Source of the DNA: an uncultured Aquificales bacterium
Lineage (GTDB): Bacteria > Thermosulfidibacterota > Thermosulfidibacteria > Thermosulfidibacterales > Thermosulfidibacteraceae
DNA length: 64,000 bases
Assembly (NCBI GenBank): GCA_964453345.1
Contig: CAYVOC010000001.1
Coordinates: forward strand, 1-64,000
Direction of reading: 5' to 3'
Of the stretch, positions 39,131 to 49,226 are shown in pieces; the stretch's first letter is position 1; each line of letters starts with the position of its first letter. The notes under the pieces were generated by a model that saw nothing but the letters and a program-made list of their open reading frames with translations, was not told the origin of the DNA and made no database searches. The position numbers and the translations under genes were made by a program.

Positions 39131-39802
39131 ATGGATAGACAAGCCCTTCTCAGAAAGGTTGAGTTTTTTTCGGGACTTTCGGATTCTGTTTTGGCCGAGC
39201 TTTCAAGGGCCTTCGAGGTTGTTCGGGTTCCCAAGGGGAAGCTTCTCTTCGTCGAGGGGGCGAGGGCGGAGTATCTGTGGGCTGTTGCGGAGGGGAGGGT
39301 TAAGCTCTTTAAGGTTTCCCCTTCGGGCAGGGAGCAGACGGTGATCATCGTGGAGCCGGGAGAGACCTTTGCGGAGATAGCCGCTTTGAAGGGGCAGAGC
39401 TACCCCGTCTTTGCCAAATCCCTTGAGGATTCCCTTCTTTTAAGGGCACCGGGCCATAGGATAGAGGAGATAGTGAGGCAGAATCCGGCCGTTGCCCTCA
39501 GCATGATGGGGGCCATGGCGGAGAAGTTGAAGCATTTGACCAGCCTTGTGGAGGATCTTTCCCTGAGGGATGTTCCCGCAAGACTGTGCAGATACATACT
39601 TGAAGCCTCAAGGGGCAAAGAAATACTTGTGCTTGCCGTGTCAAAGGCCGAGCTTGCAAGGTATTTGGGAACCACCCCGGAGACTCTCTCCAGATCCCTG
39701 TCAAGGCTTTCCAAGCTCGGCGTTGTAGAGGTCAGAGGCAGCATGATAAGGATCCTTTCCCGCTCCCGCCTTGAGGAGATGGCGGAATCTGAAGTCTCTT
39801 GA
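39131..39802 (+). CDS. hcpR: Crp/Fnr family regulator (HcpR/DNR-like)
   Basis: cNMP-like domain; HTH LARYLGTTPETLSR; no FNR N-terminal Cys cluster; directly upstream of hcp. Confidence 0.8.
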   Translation: MDRQALLRKVEFFSGLSDSVLAELSRAFEVVRVPKGKLLFVEGARAEYLWAVAEGRVKLFKVSPSGREQTVIIVEPGETFAEIAALKGQSYPVFAKSLEDSLLLRAPGHRIEEIVRQNPAVALSMMGAMAEKLKHLTSLVEDLSLRDVPARLCRYILEASRGKEILVLAVSKAELARYLGTTPETLSRSLSRLSKLGVVEVRGSMIRILSRSRLEEMAESEVS

Positions 39803-39840
39803 TCTTGATCAAGGCGGGCTTTCCCCTTCCGGCATAAACT
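39799..39840 (+). promoter_or_regulatory. FNR/DNR-type box plus -10 element (class II promoter) for hcp
   Basis: TTGAT-cttg-ATCAA at 39799-39812; TAAACT at 39835-39840, placing the box centre near -41.5. Confidence 0.85.
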
Positions 39841-39873
39841 AAAATCAGCAACAAAAAATTGAGGAGGTTTGCC

Positions 39874-41481
39874 ATGTTTTGTAATCAGTGTGAGCAGGCT
39901 GCTGTAGGCGGATGCAGGAGGATTGGAGTCTGTGGTAAGGATAACACCACGGATCTTTTGCAGGATCTCTTGATCTACGCCTTGGCCGGGCTTGGTGAGG
40001 TTGCCCTTGAGGCCAAAAAATCGGGAAAGGACACCACGGATATGGACGCCTTCACCTGTGAGGCCATCTTTTCCACCCTGACCAATGTCAACTTTGACCC
40101 CGACAGGATCGAGGATTACATCAACCGGGCCGTTGAATACAGGGACTCCTTAGCCAAGGAGATGGGCTATCAGCCCCAGACGGAGCCGGGCAGGTTCGTT
40201 CCCGCCTCAACCAGAGAGGAGAGGGTTAAGCAGGGGGAGCAGGTTGAGCTGAAGATGAACGGTTCCGAAAACCCCGATGTTATGGGCTTAAAGCTCACCA
40301 CCCTCTACGGCCTCAAGGGAGCCGCATCCTACGCCTTCCACGCGTGGGAGCTGGGCAAGACCGACCCTGATCTTTTTGAGTTTGTCCACAGGGTTCTGGT
40401 CAGGCTCTATCAGGACGGATCCATGGAGGAGTGGCTTGAGCTTGCCCTTGAGACAGGAAAGTTCAACATAGTTGCCATGGAGCTGCTCGACCACGGCCAT
40501 GTGGAGAGGTTCGGCCATCCCGAACCCACGAGGGTGAGCATAGGAAGCAAAAGGGGCAAGGCCATTCTGGTCTCTGGACACGATCTTCTGGCCCTTGAGA
40601 AGTTGCTGGAACAGACCAAGGACAAGGGGATAAACATTTACACCCACGGTGAGATGCTGCCCGCCCACGGCTACCCTGGATTGAAGAAGTATCCCCATCT
40701 TGTGGGCCACTACGGGACTGCCTGGCAGAACCAGAGAAGGGAGTTTGAGGAGTTTCCCGGTCCCATAGTTATGACCACCAACTGCCTCATGCCCCCCAAG
40801 GATTCCTATAAGGACAGGCTTTTCACAATGGGTCCTGTGGGCTATCCGGGGGTTAAGCACATAAAGGATCATGATTTCTCTGAAGTTGTGGATTGTGCCC
40901 TTAGGCTCGATGGCTACTCTGAGGATAAGGAGTTTGACTACTGCTACACCGGTTTTGCCAGAAACGCCGTTCTTTCCGTTGCCGATAAGCTCGTTGAGCT
41001 TGTGAAGGCCGGCAGGATAAGACACATCTTTTTGGTTGGTGGATGCGACGGGGCGAGACCGGGCAGAAACTACTACACGGAGTTCGTTGAGAAGGCGCCT
41101 TCCGACACCCTTATACTGACCTTGGCGTGCGGTAAGTTCAGGTTCTTCACCAAGAAACTCGGGGACATAGAGGGGATCCCCAGGCTGCTCGATATGGGGC
41201 AGTGCAACGATGCCTACTCGGCCGTGCAGGTGGCCTTGAAGCTTGCCGAGGTCTTTGAGACGGATGTCAACAATCTGCCACTCTCCCTTATCCTTTCCTG
41301 GTATGAGCAAAAGGCGGTGGCGATCCTTCTGTCTCTGCTCTATCTGGGCATAAAGAACATAAAGATAGGTCCCACAGCCCCTGCCTTCTTTACCGAAAAC
41401 ATCTTGAAATTTATCCAGGAAAAATACAATCTTCAGCTTATAAAGACTCCAGAGGAGGATCTGAAGGAGATACTGGGCTAA
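39874..41481 (+). CDS. hcp: Hybrid cluster protein (hydroxylamine/NO reductase)
   Basis: MFCNQCEQ..C..GVCGK, SGHDL, THGEM, TTNC, GGCDG, ACGK, GQCND, WYEQKA. Confidence 0.97.
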   Translation: MFCNQCEQAAVGGCRRIGVCGKDNTTDLLQDLLIYALAGLGEVALEAKKSGKDTTDMDAFTCEAIFSTLTNVNFDPDRIEDYINRAVEYRDSLAKEMGYQPQTEPGRFVPASTREERVKQGEQVELKMNGSENPDVMGLKLTTLYGLKGAASYAFHAWELGKTDPDLFEFVHRVLVRLYQDGSMEEWLELALETGKFNIVAMELLDHGHVERFGHPEPTRVSIGSKRGKAILVSGHDLLALEKLLEQTKDKGINIYTHGEMLPAHGYPGLKKYPHLVGHYGTAWQNQRREFEEFPGPIVMTTNCLMPPKDSYKDRLFTMGPVGYPGVKHIKDHDFSEVVDCALRLDGYSEDKEFDYCYTGFARNAVLSVADKLVELVKAGRIRHIFLVGGCDGARPGRNYYTEFVEKAPSDTLILTLACGKFRFFTKKLGDIEGIPRLLDMGQCNDAYSAVQVALKLAEVFETDVNNLPLSLILSWYEQKAVAILLSLLYLGIKNIKIGPTAPAFFTENILKFIQEKYNLQLIKTPEEDLKEILG

Positions 41482-41492
41482 GGAGGTGGGAT

Positions 41493-41672
41493 GTGGACAA
41501 GAAGGAGCTTGTGTTGAAGGCCATGAGGGAGGCGGGGAAGCCCGTGAGACCCGGTGACATTGCAAAGGCAACCGGGCTTGACAGCAAGGAGGTTTCCAAG
41601 ATCATCAAGGAGCTGAGACAGGAGGGAAAGGTCGTATCACCCAAGAGGTGCTACTACGCCCCTGCTGAGTAG
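41493..41672 (+). CDS. Small winged-helix protein, 59 aa (not in the ORF track)
   Basis: AGGAGGTG RBS, GTG start; MDKKELVLKAMREAGKPVRPGDIAKATGLDSKEVSKIIKELRQEGKVVSPKRCYYAPAE. Confidence 0.85.
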   Translation: MDKKELVLKAMREAGKPVRPGDIAKATGLDSKEVSKIIKELRQEGKVVSPKRCYYAPAE

Positions 41673-41681
41673 CGAAGAAGG

Positions 41682-41713
41682 GGGTGGAGCCGGTCTTTAT
41701 GGCCGGCCCGCCC
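41682..41713. terminator. Hairpin terminator between convergent genes
   Basis: GGGTGG-a-GCCGGTC / TTTAT loop / GGCCGGC-CCGCCC; CTTCTTC follows on the minus strand. Confidence 0.6.
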
Positions 41714-41988
41714 TATCCCTCAAATTCCTGAAATATGTAGTATTTGTCCGGGGTAATCTGGAAGACCACGCGCTTTTCCGTCTCCTCTATCAACCTTCCG
41801 AATATCTGCCTTCTCGCCTCGAAGTCGAAGAAGTTTATCACGTGGGTGGGATCCACCTCCGTTGTGGGGATCTCTTTCTTCTCCTCTTCCTTCAGGGGGC
41901 GGATGGAGAGCTGGGTGCATCTGCCCGGCTTCTCCCAGTCGCCCACCTTCAGGATCATCCAGTAGTATTTGTTCGGGGATATCTGCAT
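41713..41988 (-). CDS. Hypothetical protein, 91 aa
   Basis: GGGAGG RBS; downstream of nadE on the same strand. Confidence 0.7.
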   Translation of the reverse strand: MQISPNKYYWMILKVGDWEKPGRCTQLSIRPLKEEEKKEIPTTEVDPTHVINFFDFEARRQIFGRLIEETEKRVVFQITPDKYYIFQEFEG

Positions 41989-42003
41989 GCTTTAACCTCC
42001 CTG

Positions 42004-43731
42004 CTAAAAGGGCTTGAACTTGTTGGTTATGGGGAGTCTTCTGTCCTTGCCGAAGGCCCTGGGAGTGATCTTTATGCCCGGTGGGGCCTGGCGCCTCTTG
42101 TATTCGTTTCTGTCAACCATGGATATCACCCTTTTTACAATATCCGGATCGAATCCCATGGCCACAATCTCCCTGTAGGAGCGGTCCTCCTCCACGTAGG
42201 CCTTAAGTATGGGATCGAGTATCTCGTAGGGGGGGAGGGTGTCCTCGTCCTTCTGTCCGGGCTTCAGTTCTGCGGAGGGCGGCTTCTCAAACACCCTCTT
42301 CGGGATAACGTCCCACCCTTTAATTTTGTTGTAGTATTCCGCAACCCTGTAGACCATGGTCTTCATAACATCCTTTATGACGGCGAACCCCCCCGCCATG
42401 TCCCCGTAAAGGGTTGCGTATCCGCAGCTCATTTCGCTCTTGTTCCCCGTGGTCAGAACCAGCCATCCGAACTTGTTGGACATGGCCATGAGGATGTTTC
42501 CCCTTATTCTGGCCTGGATGTTCTCCTCTGTGACGTCCTCCGGCGCATCACCCCACACGCTCTCCCTCATCTGGCGCTTGAAGGTCTCAAAGATCTCGGT
42601 GATGGGCACGGTGTATGTTTTTATCCCCAGGTTTTCCGCAAGCCGGGTTGCGTCCTCTATGCTTTCCTTGGAGGTGTAGGGGGAGGGCATGAGCACTCCC
42701 ACAACCCTGTCCGGTCCTAAGGCCTCCGTTGCCACCGCTGCAACAAGGGAGGAGTCCATGCCTCCCGATAGGCCTATGAGGACCTTGCTGAAGCCGTTTT
42801 TGTTGACGTAGTCCTTGGTTCCCAGAACAAGGGCCCTGAAGATCTCCCCCTCTATGGGGAGGGGGGCCTCAACCTTGGGTTCGATCTTTGCCTTTGACTC
42901 CCTCTTTGGGGGTGCAATGTATACCCTCTCCACCTGGGCGGCGGCTTCCGCCTCCTTTCTTATCCTTGGATCGTGCAGCCTCGCCCTGAGAACGCTGTCC
43001 ACCTCAAGATCCACCACCAGCAGATCCTCTTCAAAGAGCTTCGCCCTTGCGATGATCTCGCCTGAGGGGCTGGCCACAATGCTTCCGCCGTCAAAGACCA
43101 GCTCGTCCTGTCCCCCCACGGCGTTCAGGTAGGCCACATAGGCAACGTGATCCATGGCCCTGACGGCTATCATCCTCTCCCTGTAGCTTCTTTTGCCCAC
43201 GCAGAAGGGAGACGACGAGATGTTTACTATCAACTCTGCTCCGGCGAGGGCCTGCAGGTGCCCTGGCCCGTCCGGATACCATATGTCCTCGCAGATGTTC
43301 ACCCCAACCCTGCAGCCCCTTATCTCGTAAACGGGAACCCTATTGCCCCGGGAGAAGTATCTATCCTCGTCAAAAACGGAGTAGGTGGGAAGAAATATCT
43401 TGTGGTATACATCCACGACCCTGTGCTGATGGATGATTGCAGCGGCGTTGTATATATCCTCCTTCAGGTCCACGAAGCCCACAATGGCAACAATATCTCC
43501 GATGTTTTCAGCGATCCTTTTCAGGGTTTCAAGGTTGGTCTCTATGAACTGGGGCTTGAGCAGCAGATCCTCTGGAGGATAGCCCGTCACCGCAAGCTCA
43601 GGAAAGACAACGATATCGGCCTGCTGTTCCTGAGCCCTTTTTGCGTAGTCAAGTATCTTTTCGGCGTTTCCATCGAAGTCGCCCACGGTGAGGTTTACCT
43701 GGGCGAGGGCCACTCTCAGCGTGCGAATCAT
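42004..43731 (-). CDS. nadE: Glutamine-dependent NAD+ synthetase
   Basis: Nitrilase domain FPEL, K, ICEDIW; synthetase [29 protein letters not shown]. Confidence 0.95.
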   Translation of the reverse strand: MIRTLRVALAQVNLTVGDFDGNAEKILDYAKRAQEQQADIVVFPELAVTGYPPEDLLLKPQFIETNLETLKRIAENIGDIVAIVGFVDLKEDIYNAAAIIHQHRVVDVYHKIFLPTYSVFDEDRYFSRGNRVPVYEIRGCRVGVNICEDIWYPDGPGHLQALAGAELIVNISSSPFCVGKRSYRERMIAVRAMDHVAYVAYLNAVGGQDELVFDGGSIVASPSGEIIARAKLFEEDLLVVDLEVDSVLRARLHDPRIRKEAEAAAQVERVYIAPPKRESKAKIEPKVEAPLPIEGEIFRALVLGTKDYVNKNGFSKVLIGLSGGMDSSLVAAVATEALGPDRVVGVLMPSPYTSKESIEDATRLAENLGIKTYTVPITEIFETFKRQMRESVWGDAPEDVTEENIQARIRGNILMAMSNKFGWLVLTTGNKSEMSCGYATLYGDMAGGFAVIKDVMKTMVYRVAEYYNKIKGWDVIPKRVFEKPPSAELKPGQKDEDTLPPYEILDPILKAYVEEDRSYREIVAMGFDPDIVKRVISMVDRNEYKRRQAPPGIKITPRAFGKDRRLPITNKFKPF

Positions 43732-43829
43732 GCCCCTCTCCTTGAGATTTGTTGCCCAATATAAACAGCAATTATTGTCTTCTTTCAAGCATGTGTGCTA
43801 AAGCTTAAGGGCAAAACCCTTCGGAGGTA

Positions 43830-44081
43830 GTGGACGTGAAGGTGAGGATTATAGTGAATCTCAAAGGGTCCGTGCTTGATCCCCAGGGCAAGGCCGTCTG
43901 CGGTGCCCTGAAGAATCTGGGTTTTGATGCGGTTGAGGATGTGAGGGTGGGCAAGGTTATATATATAACCCTTAAGGGTGTGTCCGAGGACGAGGTGGGG
44001 AATCTGGTGGAGGAGATGTGCGCCAAGCTTCTGGTTAACCCGGTGATAGAGGAATACCAGTGGGAGATTGTGGAGGAGTAG
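43830..44081 (+). CDS. purS: FGAM synthase subunit PurS
   Basis: [19 protein letters not shown]. Confidence 0.93.
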   Translation: MDVKVRIIVNLKGSVLDPQGKAVCGALKNLGFDAVEDVRVGKVIYITLKGVSEDEVGNLVEEMCAKLLVNPVIEEYQWEIVEE

Positions 44082-44082
44082 G

Positions 44083-44775
44083 ATGCTTTTTGGGGTGGTG
44101 ATCTTTCCCGGATCCAACTGCGATATGGACTGCTACTGGGCGGTTAAAAATGTAGTCGGTCGGGATTGCGAATACATATGGCACGAGGAAACGGATATAG
44201 AGGACTTTGACTGCATCATACTTCCCGGAGGCTTTTCCTACGGGGATTACCTGAGGCCCGGTGCCATTGCCAAGGTTTCTCCCGTTGTGGAGGCGCTGAA
44301 GGGGTTTGTGAAGAGGCCGAATAAGCTTGTCATGGGCATCTGCAACGGGTTCCAGATCCTGCTTGAGGCGGGCTTCCTCCCTGGGGCCATGCTGAGGAAC
44401 AGGGGACTGAAGTTTATCTGCGAGTATGTGGAGCTGGAGGTGGTCAACCCGAACACTCCCTTCACATGCGCATGCCGGGAGGGAGAAGTTCTCTCCATAC
44501 CCATAGCCCACATGGAGGGCAACTACTTTGCGGACGAAGGGACCCTTGAGGACTTGAAAAATAATAACCAGATTGTATTCCGATACCACGGGTTTAACCC
44601 CAACGGCTCCGTTCTGGATATAGCCGGCATATGCAGCAGGGAGAGGAAGGTTCTGGGGATGATGCCCCATCCTGAGAGGTGCTGCGAGGATATACTCGGC
44701 GGGACGGATGGCCTCAAGATCTTTGAGTCCATAGTGAGCTATCATGAGGGAAGAAAGGCTGTTGAGGTTGAATAG
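44083..44775 (+). CDS. purQ: FGAM synthase glutaminase subunit PurQ
   Basis: [37 protein letters not shown]. Confidence 0.96.
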   Translation: MLFGVVIFPGSNCDMDCYWAVKNVVGRDCEYIWHEETDIEDFDCIILPGGFSYGDYLRPGAIAKVSPVVEALKGFVKRPNKLVMGICNGFQILLEAGFLPGAMLRNRGLKFICEYVELEVVNPNTPFTCACREGEVLSIPIAHMEGNYFADEGTLEDLKNNNQIVFRYHGFNPNGSVLDIAGICSRERKVLGMMPHPERCCEDILGGTDGLKIFESIVSYHEGRKAVEVE

Positions 44776-45493
44776 GTTTCTTGCGGAGGCGGGTCTGGGC
44801 GCCAGGAGGAAGGTGGAAAGGCTCATTGAGGAGGGCAGGGTAGCTGTAAACGGCATGGTTGTGAAGGAATACGGTTACAGGGTCAACCCTAAGGAGGACA
44901 TAGTAACCGTTGACGGTAAGGTGGTGGAGATACAGCCCAAGGTTTACCTTCTCTTTAACAAGCCCAAGAACATCCTCACCACCATGAAGGACGAGAGGGG
45001 AAGGCTCACCGTTTACGATGTTTTGCCCATTAAAGATATACGGGTTTATCCCGTCGGCAGGCTTGACAGGGCATCCAGGGGCCTTTTGCTTCTCACCAAC
45101 GACGGGGAGCTCGCCTATAGACTCCTGCATCCCAAGTATCACGTGGAGAAGCGCTACATAGTTCTGGTTGAGGGATCCCCCTCCGAGGAGAAGCTGAACA
45201 AGCTGAGGAGGGGGATATACCTATACCCCGAGGGGAAGACTTTGCCCTGCAAGATCAGGGTGATAGAGAGGACCAAGTGGCACACAAAGCTTGAGGTTAT
45301 ACTGAGGGAGGGCAGGAAGCGTCAGATAAGGCGCATGTTCAAAAAGATAGGTCATCCCGTTAAGGATCTGGTGAGGGTCGCCATGGGGCCTCTGACCCTG
45401 AAGGGGTTGCCCGAGGGACACTTCAGGTATCTTACAGAGGAAGAGGTTGCCCAGCTTAAAAAGCTTGTGGGCCTTGAGAGGGAGAGGAAATGA
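44744..45493 (+). CDS. RsuA/RluB-family pseudouridine synthase
   Basis: S4 domain, [25 protein letters not shown]. Confidence 0.9.
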   Translation: MREERLLRLNRFLAEAGLGARRKVERLIEEGRVAVNGMVVKEYGYRVNPKEDIVTVDGKVVEIQPKVYLLFNKPKNILTTMKDERGRLTVYDVLPIKDIRVYPVGRLDRASRGLLLLTNDGELAYRLLHPKYHVEKRYIVLVEGSPSEEKLNKLRRGIYLYPEGKTLPCKIRVIERTKWHTKLEVILREGRKRQIRRMFKKIGHPVKDLVRVAMGPLTLKGLPEGHFRYLTEEEVAQLKKLVGLERERK

Positions 45494-46821
45494 AAGGATT
45501 GGCGGCGCTTTTGGGGATTCTGCTTTTTTCCACAACAGCACTTGCGGGAGGTAGTGCCTTGAGGATCGAAGCTAAGGAGAAGACTCTTAAAAACGGGTTA
45601 AAGGTCATAGTGGTTGAGGATCACTCGACCCCTACCGTGACCTTTCAGGTCTGGTATAAGGTGGGTTCCTACTACGAGCAGTTTGGGAAGACCGGCATCT
45701 CCCATCTTCTCGAGCACATGATGTTCAAGGGAACCGAGAAGCATCCCCCGGGGGAGTTTTCAAAGATCGTTTCCCGAAACGGGGGCCAGGAGAACGCCTT
45801 CACCAGCAGGGACTATACCGCCTACTTTGAGAACTGGGCGGCTGATAGGCTGAAGATATCCATGGAGCTTGAATCGGACAGGATGGTGAACCTGAAGCTG
45901 GATCCCGAAGAGTTCAAGAGGGAAAAGAGCGTGGTCATGGAGGAGAGGAGGCTCAGGACCGAGGACGATCCCACCTCCCTTTTGGTTGAGGAGGTCTATG
46001 CTGCGGCCTTCAAGGCCCACCCCTATCACTGGCCCGTCATAGGCTGGATGAAGGACATAGAGTCCATAACCCTTGAGGATCTAAAAAGACACTACAAAAC
46101 CTTTTATGCGCCCAACAACGCTGTGATAGTGGTCGTGGGGGATGTGAAGGCCGACGAGGTTTTCAAGATGGTGGAGGAGTATTTCGGCAAGATCCCCCCT
46201 TCTCCTCACATACCTGAGTTTTCCTACACCGAGCCGCCCCAGAGGGGGGAGAGGAGGGTTGTTGTTAAAAGTCCGGAGGCGAAGCTCCCCTTTGTCTTCG
46301 GAGGGTTTCATGTTCCCAATGCGGGCTCCGGCGATGAGTATGCCCTAAAGGTTCTTGCCCTTATTCTGGGCGGTGGAAGAAGCTCCAGGATCTACAAGAG
46401 GCTTGTGTTTAAGGATCAGAAGGCCCTCTATGCGGGTGCCTATTACTCTTCCAAGACAAAGGATCCGGGACTCTTCTGCTTCTATGCGGCGGTTAAGCCG
46501 GGTGCGACCCCTGAGGAGGTGGAAAAACTCATCTGGGATGAGATAGAGAGGATCAAGAAGGATGGAATAGGTGAGGAGGAACTGGAGAAGGCCAAGAACC
46601 AGATAGAGGCGGAGTTCGTCTATGGGCTTGATTCAAACTTCTACAGGGCCATGAACATAGGGATACTTGAGACCATCGGCCTTGGCTGGAGGTATCTGAA
46701 TACCTTTGTGGATCGCATAAGGGAGGTTAGGGCCGAGGACGTGGTGAGGGTTGCAAGAAGGTATCTTGTCAGGGACAACCTCACCATAGGATACCTGATT
46801 CCAGAGGTGAAGGTCCAATGA
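45490..46821 (+). CDS. M16 (pitrilysin) zinc peptidase, catalytic subunit, secreted
   Basis: Signal peptide; HLLEHMMFKG, NAFTS, EE. Confidence 0.92.
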   Translation: MKGLAALLGILLFSTTALAGGSALRIEAKEKTLKNGLKVIVVEDHSTPTVTFQVWYKVGSYYEQFGKTGISHLLEHMMFKGTEKHPPGEFSKIVSRNGGQENAFTSRDYTAYFENWAADRLKISMELESDRMVNLKLDPEEFKREKSVVMEERRLRTEDDPTSLLVEEVYAAAFKAHPYHWPVIGWMKDIESITLEDLKRHYKTFYAPNNAVIVVVGDVKADEVFKMVEEYFGKIPPSPHIPEFSYTEPPQRGERRVVVKSPEAKLPFVFGGFHVPNAGSGDEYALKVLALILGGGRSSRIYKRLVFKDQKALYAGAYYSSKTKDPGLFCFYAAVKPGATPEEVEKLIWDEIERIKKDGIGEEELEKAKNQIEAEFVYGLDSNFYRAMNIGILETIGLGWRYLNTFVDRIREVRAEDVVRVARRYLVRDNLTIGYLIPEVKVQ

Positions 46822-48113
46822 GGGCGATAACAATAGCACTTTTGGGAGGATTGCTCATGGCTACATCCCTTTTTGCAAAGATAAATCCAGAAGTTGTGCG
46901 TCTTGATAATGGTCTTGAGGTGTGGGTGGTTGAGAGACATGTGCTTCCCTTTGCCGTTTTCAAGCTTGTTATCCCTGCAGGATCCGTTTTTGACCCCGAA
47001 AGCAAGGCCGGCCTGGCCTATCTCACGGCCCAGATGATAGGTGAAGGCGTAAAGGGAATGAGGGCCGAGGAGATTTCTGAGCGCTTTGATTTCATGGGCG
47101 CCGATTTTGATGTGGACTGCAACAAGGATTATGTAACCCTCTCCCTTAAGGTCACCAGAAGATACATGGACGACGCCTTGGCCCTTTTTGCCAAGGTTCT
47201 GCTTGAGCCCACCTTCCCGAATAAGGAGTTTGTCAGGGTCAAGACCGAGGTGCTGGGAGAGATAATGAAGGATCAGGAGGATCCCTCAATTGTTGCCGAT
47301 GAGAAGTTTAACGAGGTGGTGTATCAGAAGCATCCCTACCACAGGCCCGTTAAGGGCTACCTTGAGACGGTTAAGGGCATCTCGAGGGACGAGGTGGTCC
47401 AGTTCTACAAGGCCCACTACCTCCCCGAGGGAAGCAAGCTCGTGGTTGTGGGGGATGTTGATACCGGTGAGATTGTGAAGAAGCTGGGGAAACTTTTTTC
47501 CGGCTGGCTCGGCAAGGCTCCCGGCTATCCGAAGGTTGATGGACCCTCCTTTAACCCCGGCACCTTTGTGGTTTCCAAGGATGTCTCCCAGGCCAACATA
47601 GTGATAGGCCATGTAGGGGTGTCCAGAAGCAACCCGGATTTTATCAAGCTTTACGTTGCCAACCAGATCCTCGGTGGGGGAGGGCTTGTCTCAAGGCTCT
47701 TCGAGCGCATAAGGGAGAAGGGGGGCTACTCCTATTCGGTGTATAGCCTCTTTATTCCCTCCTACTATCAGGGGGCCTTCAAGATAGTCCTTCAGACCAA
47801 AAACGACAGGGCCGACGATGCCATCAGAGAGGTTCTGGAGGAGGTGAACAGGTTCGTCAAGGAGGGTCCCACCGAAGGGGAGCTTGAGGATGCCAAAAGG
47901 TATCTCACGGGAAGTTTCCCCTTAAGAATAGATACGAATGCAGAGATTGCATCCTATCTTGCCTTTGCGGCCTTCCACAATCTGGGTAAGGATTACCTGA
48001 ACAGGTTTACAGATATGATAAACTCGGTGACCCTTGAGGATGTGAGGGAGGTCATCAAAAAATACATACATCCCGACAAGTTCAGCATTGTGGTGGTGAG
48101 AAGGGAGAAATAG
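46818..48113 (+). CDS. M16 peptidase, non-catalytic partner subunit
   Basis: Signal peptide; HxxEH replaced by YLTAQ; SRLFERIREKGGYSY (R/Y pair). Confidence 0.88.
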   Translation: MRAITIALLGGLLMATSLFAKINPEVVRLDNGLEVWVVERHVLPFAVFKLVIPAGSVFDPESKAGLAYLTAQMIGEGVKGMRAEEISERFDFMGADFDVDCNKDYVTLSLKVTRRYMDDALALFAKVLLEPTFPNKEFVRVKTEVLGEIMKDQEDPSIVADEKFNEVVYQKHPYHRPVKGYLETVKGISRDEVVQFYKAHYLPEGSKLVVVGDVDTGEIVKKLGKLFSGWLGKAPGYPKVDGPSFNPGTFVVSKDVSQANIVIGHVGVSRSNPDFIKLYVANQILGGGGLVSRLFERIREKGGYSYSVYSLFIPSYYQGAFKIVLQTKNDRADDAIREVLEEVNRFVKEGPTEGELEDAKRYLTGSFPLRIDTNAEIASYLAFAAFHNLGKDYLNRFTDMINSVTLEDVREVIKKYIHPDKFSIVVVRREK

Positions 48114-49161
48114 CGGTTTTCAGGGTTCTGGAGGAGCTGTAGATTATCTCAAAGGCTATCTCCTGCAGATCCTTGCCGGAGGCCTCTATATCAAACAGCA
48201 GAAGTTTTCTCACCGGTCTTTTCAGGTATCGCAGGGGGTTGGTGGTTATCATTGCAAGCACCGTCAGCGGATCGGTTCCCAGCTCCACCATGAGCTGTGC
48301 CTCGTGCCACAGATTCAGATCGGGGCTTGATGCCAGGCTGTCCGTCCCAAGAACCAGGTTCACCCCGGCCTTCAGCAGGTCCTTCACCGGGGCTATCCTT
48401 CCGGAAAGATAGAGGTTGCTTCTGGGACATACGCAAACGGTGCATCTGTGTTTGGATATGGTCTCCACATCCCTTTTGTCTATAAAGCAGCAGTGGACCA
48501 GAAGGGCGTTTTGCGAAAGCAGGCCAACCCTTTCTAAGTAATCCACGGGACTCCGGTAGGTTCCCACGCCCCGGGTTCTGCCAACCACAGGATAGATCCT
48601 CTCCTCGAAGAGGTTGGGTTCGCCCCTTACAAATTTCACCTCCTCCTCGCTTTCGGCCACATGGATGCTCAAAAGCCTATCCGTGAACTTTCGGGCCACG
48701 GCTTTCAGCAACTCTTCGCTTGTGCTGTAGGGGGCGTGGGGACTCACCATGTAGGCTGGGGGAATATCGGGAATGTCCTTTTCGGATGAGCCTGTTATCT
48801 CCAGAAAGGGTATGACCCCGAGATTGATTGCCGGATGCCGGGGGTCCCTGGTTATATCAAGCATGGTCTCTACGCCCAGACTCCGGATTCTTTTCACCTT
48901 TTCTATGGTTGATTTGCTGATTCTCCTTGCCTTCGGAAACTTTAGGATTATTTTCTCCAGCCAGGAGATGAGATCCGTAGCATACACGGGATCCTCTATA
49001 TCGAGATGCGTGTGGCAGTTGGTGAGGGCAGGTATAACAACGCCCTTGTGGGTGAATCTGCCTGTTCCCTCCCGGAATTTCAAAAGGTTTCCTTCTGTTC
49101 GGATCTCCGGGTTCTTTATGGCCGTCCCCGGGGGTATCAGAAGAAGCCCTTCCACACGCAT
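48082..49161 (-). CDS. Amidohydrolase (aminodeoxyfutalosine deaminase-like)
   Basis: CHTHLD, SPHAPYS, IHVAES, LVHC, CPRSN, LGTDS. Confidence 0.75.
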   Translation of the reverse strand: MRVEGLLLIPPGTAIKNPEIRTEGNLLKFREGTGRFTHKGVVIPALTNCHTHLDIEDPVYATDLISWLEKIILKFPKARRISKSTIEKVKRIRSLGVETMLDITRDPRHPAINLGVIPFLEITGSSEKDIPDIPPAYMVSPHAPYSTSEELLKAVARKFTDRLLSIHVAESEEEVKFVRGEPNLFEERIYPVVGRTRGVGTYRSPVDYLERVGLLSQNALLVHCCFIDKRDVETISKHRCTVCVCPRSNLYLSGRIAPVKDLLKAGVNLVLGTDSLASSPDLNLWHEAQLMVELGTDPLTVLAMITTNPLRYLKRPVRKLLLFDIEASGKDLQEIAFEIIYSSSRTLKTAISPFSPPQC

Positions 49162-49175
49162 GTCTCTTTCCCCGT

Positions 49176-49204
49176 TTGACATGGAGCGATCTCTAAAGTA
49201 AGTT
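49176..49204 (+). promoter_or_regulatory. Sigma70-type promoter for the clpC-bamA operon
   Basis: TTGACA (49176-81), 17-nt spacer, TAAGTT (49199-204), then AGGAGAGG RBS. Confidence 0.65.
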
Positions 49205-49226
49205 ATTTCAAAGGAGAGGTAAAGCC

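Noticed and set aside
38500-39348. N-terminal extensions in the ORF track (pncA, hcpR, nadE, tRNA nucleotidyltransferase, second arnT)
   Set aside because: Downstream ATGs match family N-termini and mostly have good RBSs; several of the extensions overlap neighbouring genes
40288-41571. 427-aa antisense ORF, and similar long shadows at 2285-3280, 8373-9392, 13489-14295, 41842-42720 and 49989-51110
   Set aside because: They lie opposite well-supported genes, have no recognisable motifs, and are expected from codon bias
43732-43829. Possible riboswitch upstream of purS (AAGGG-CAAAA-CCCTT hairpin)
   Set aside because: Only a 5-bp hairpin; the region is too short and lacks the other elements of purine, ZTP or c-di-GMP aptamers
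46818-48113. Second M16 gene lacking HxxEH as a pseudogene
   Set aside because: Catalytic plus non-catalytic M16B heterodimer pairs are well known, and the ORF is intact
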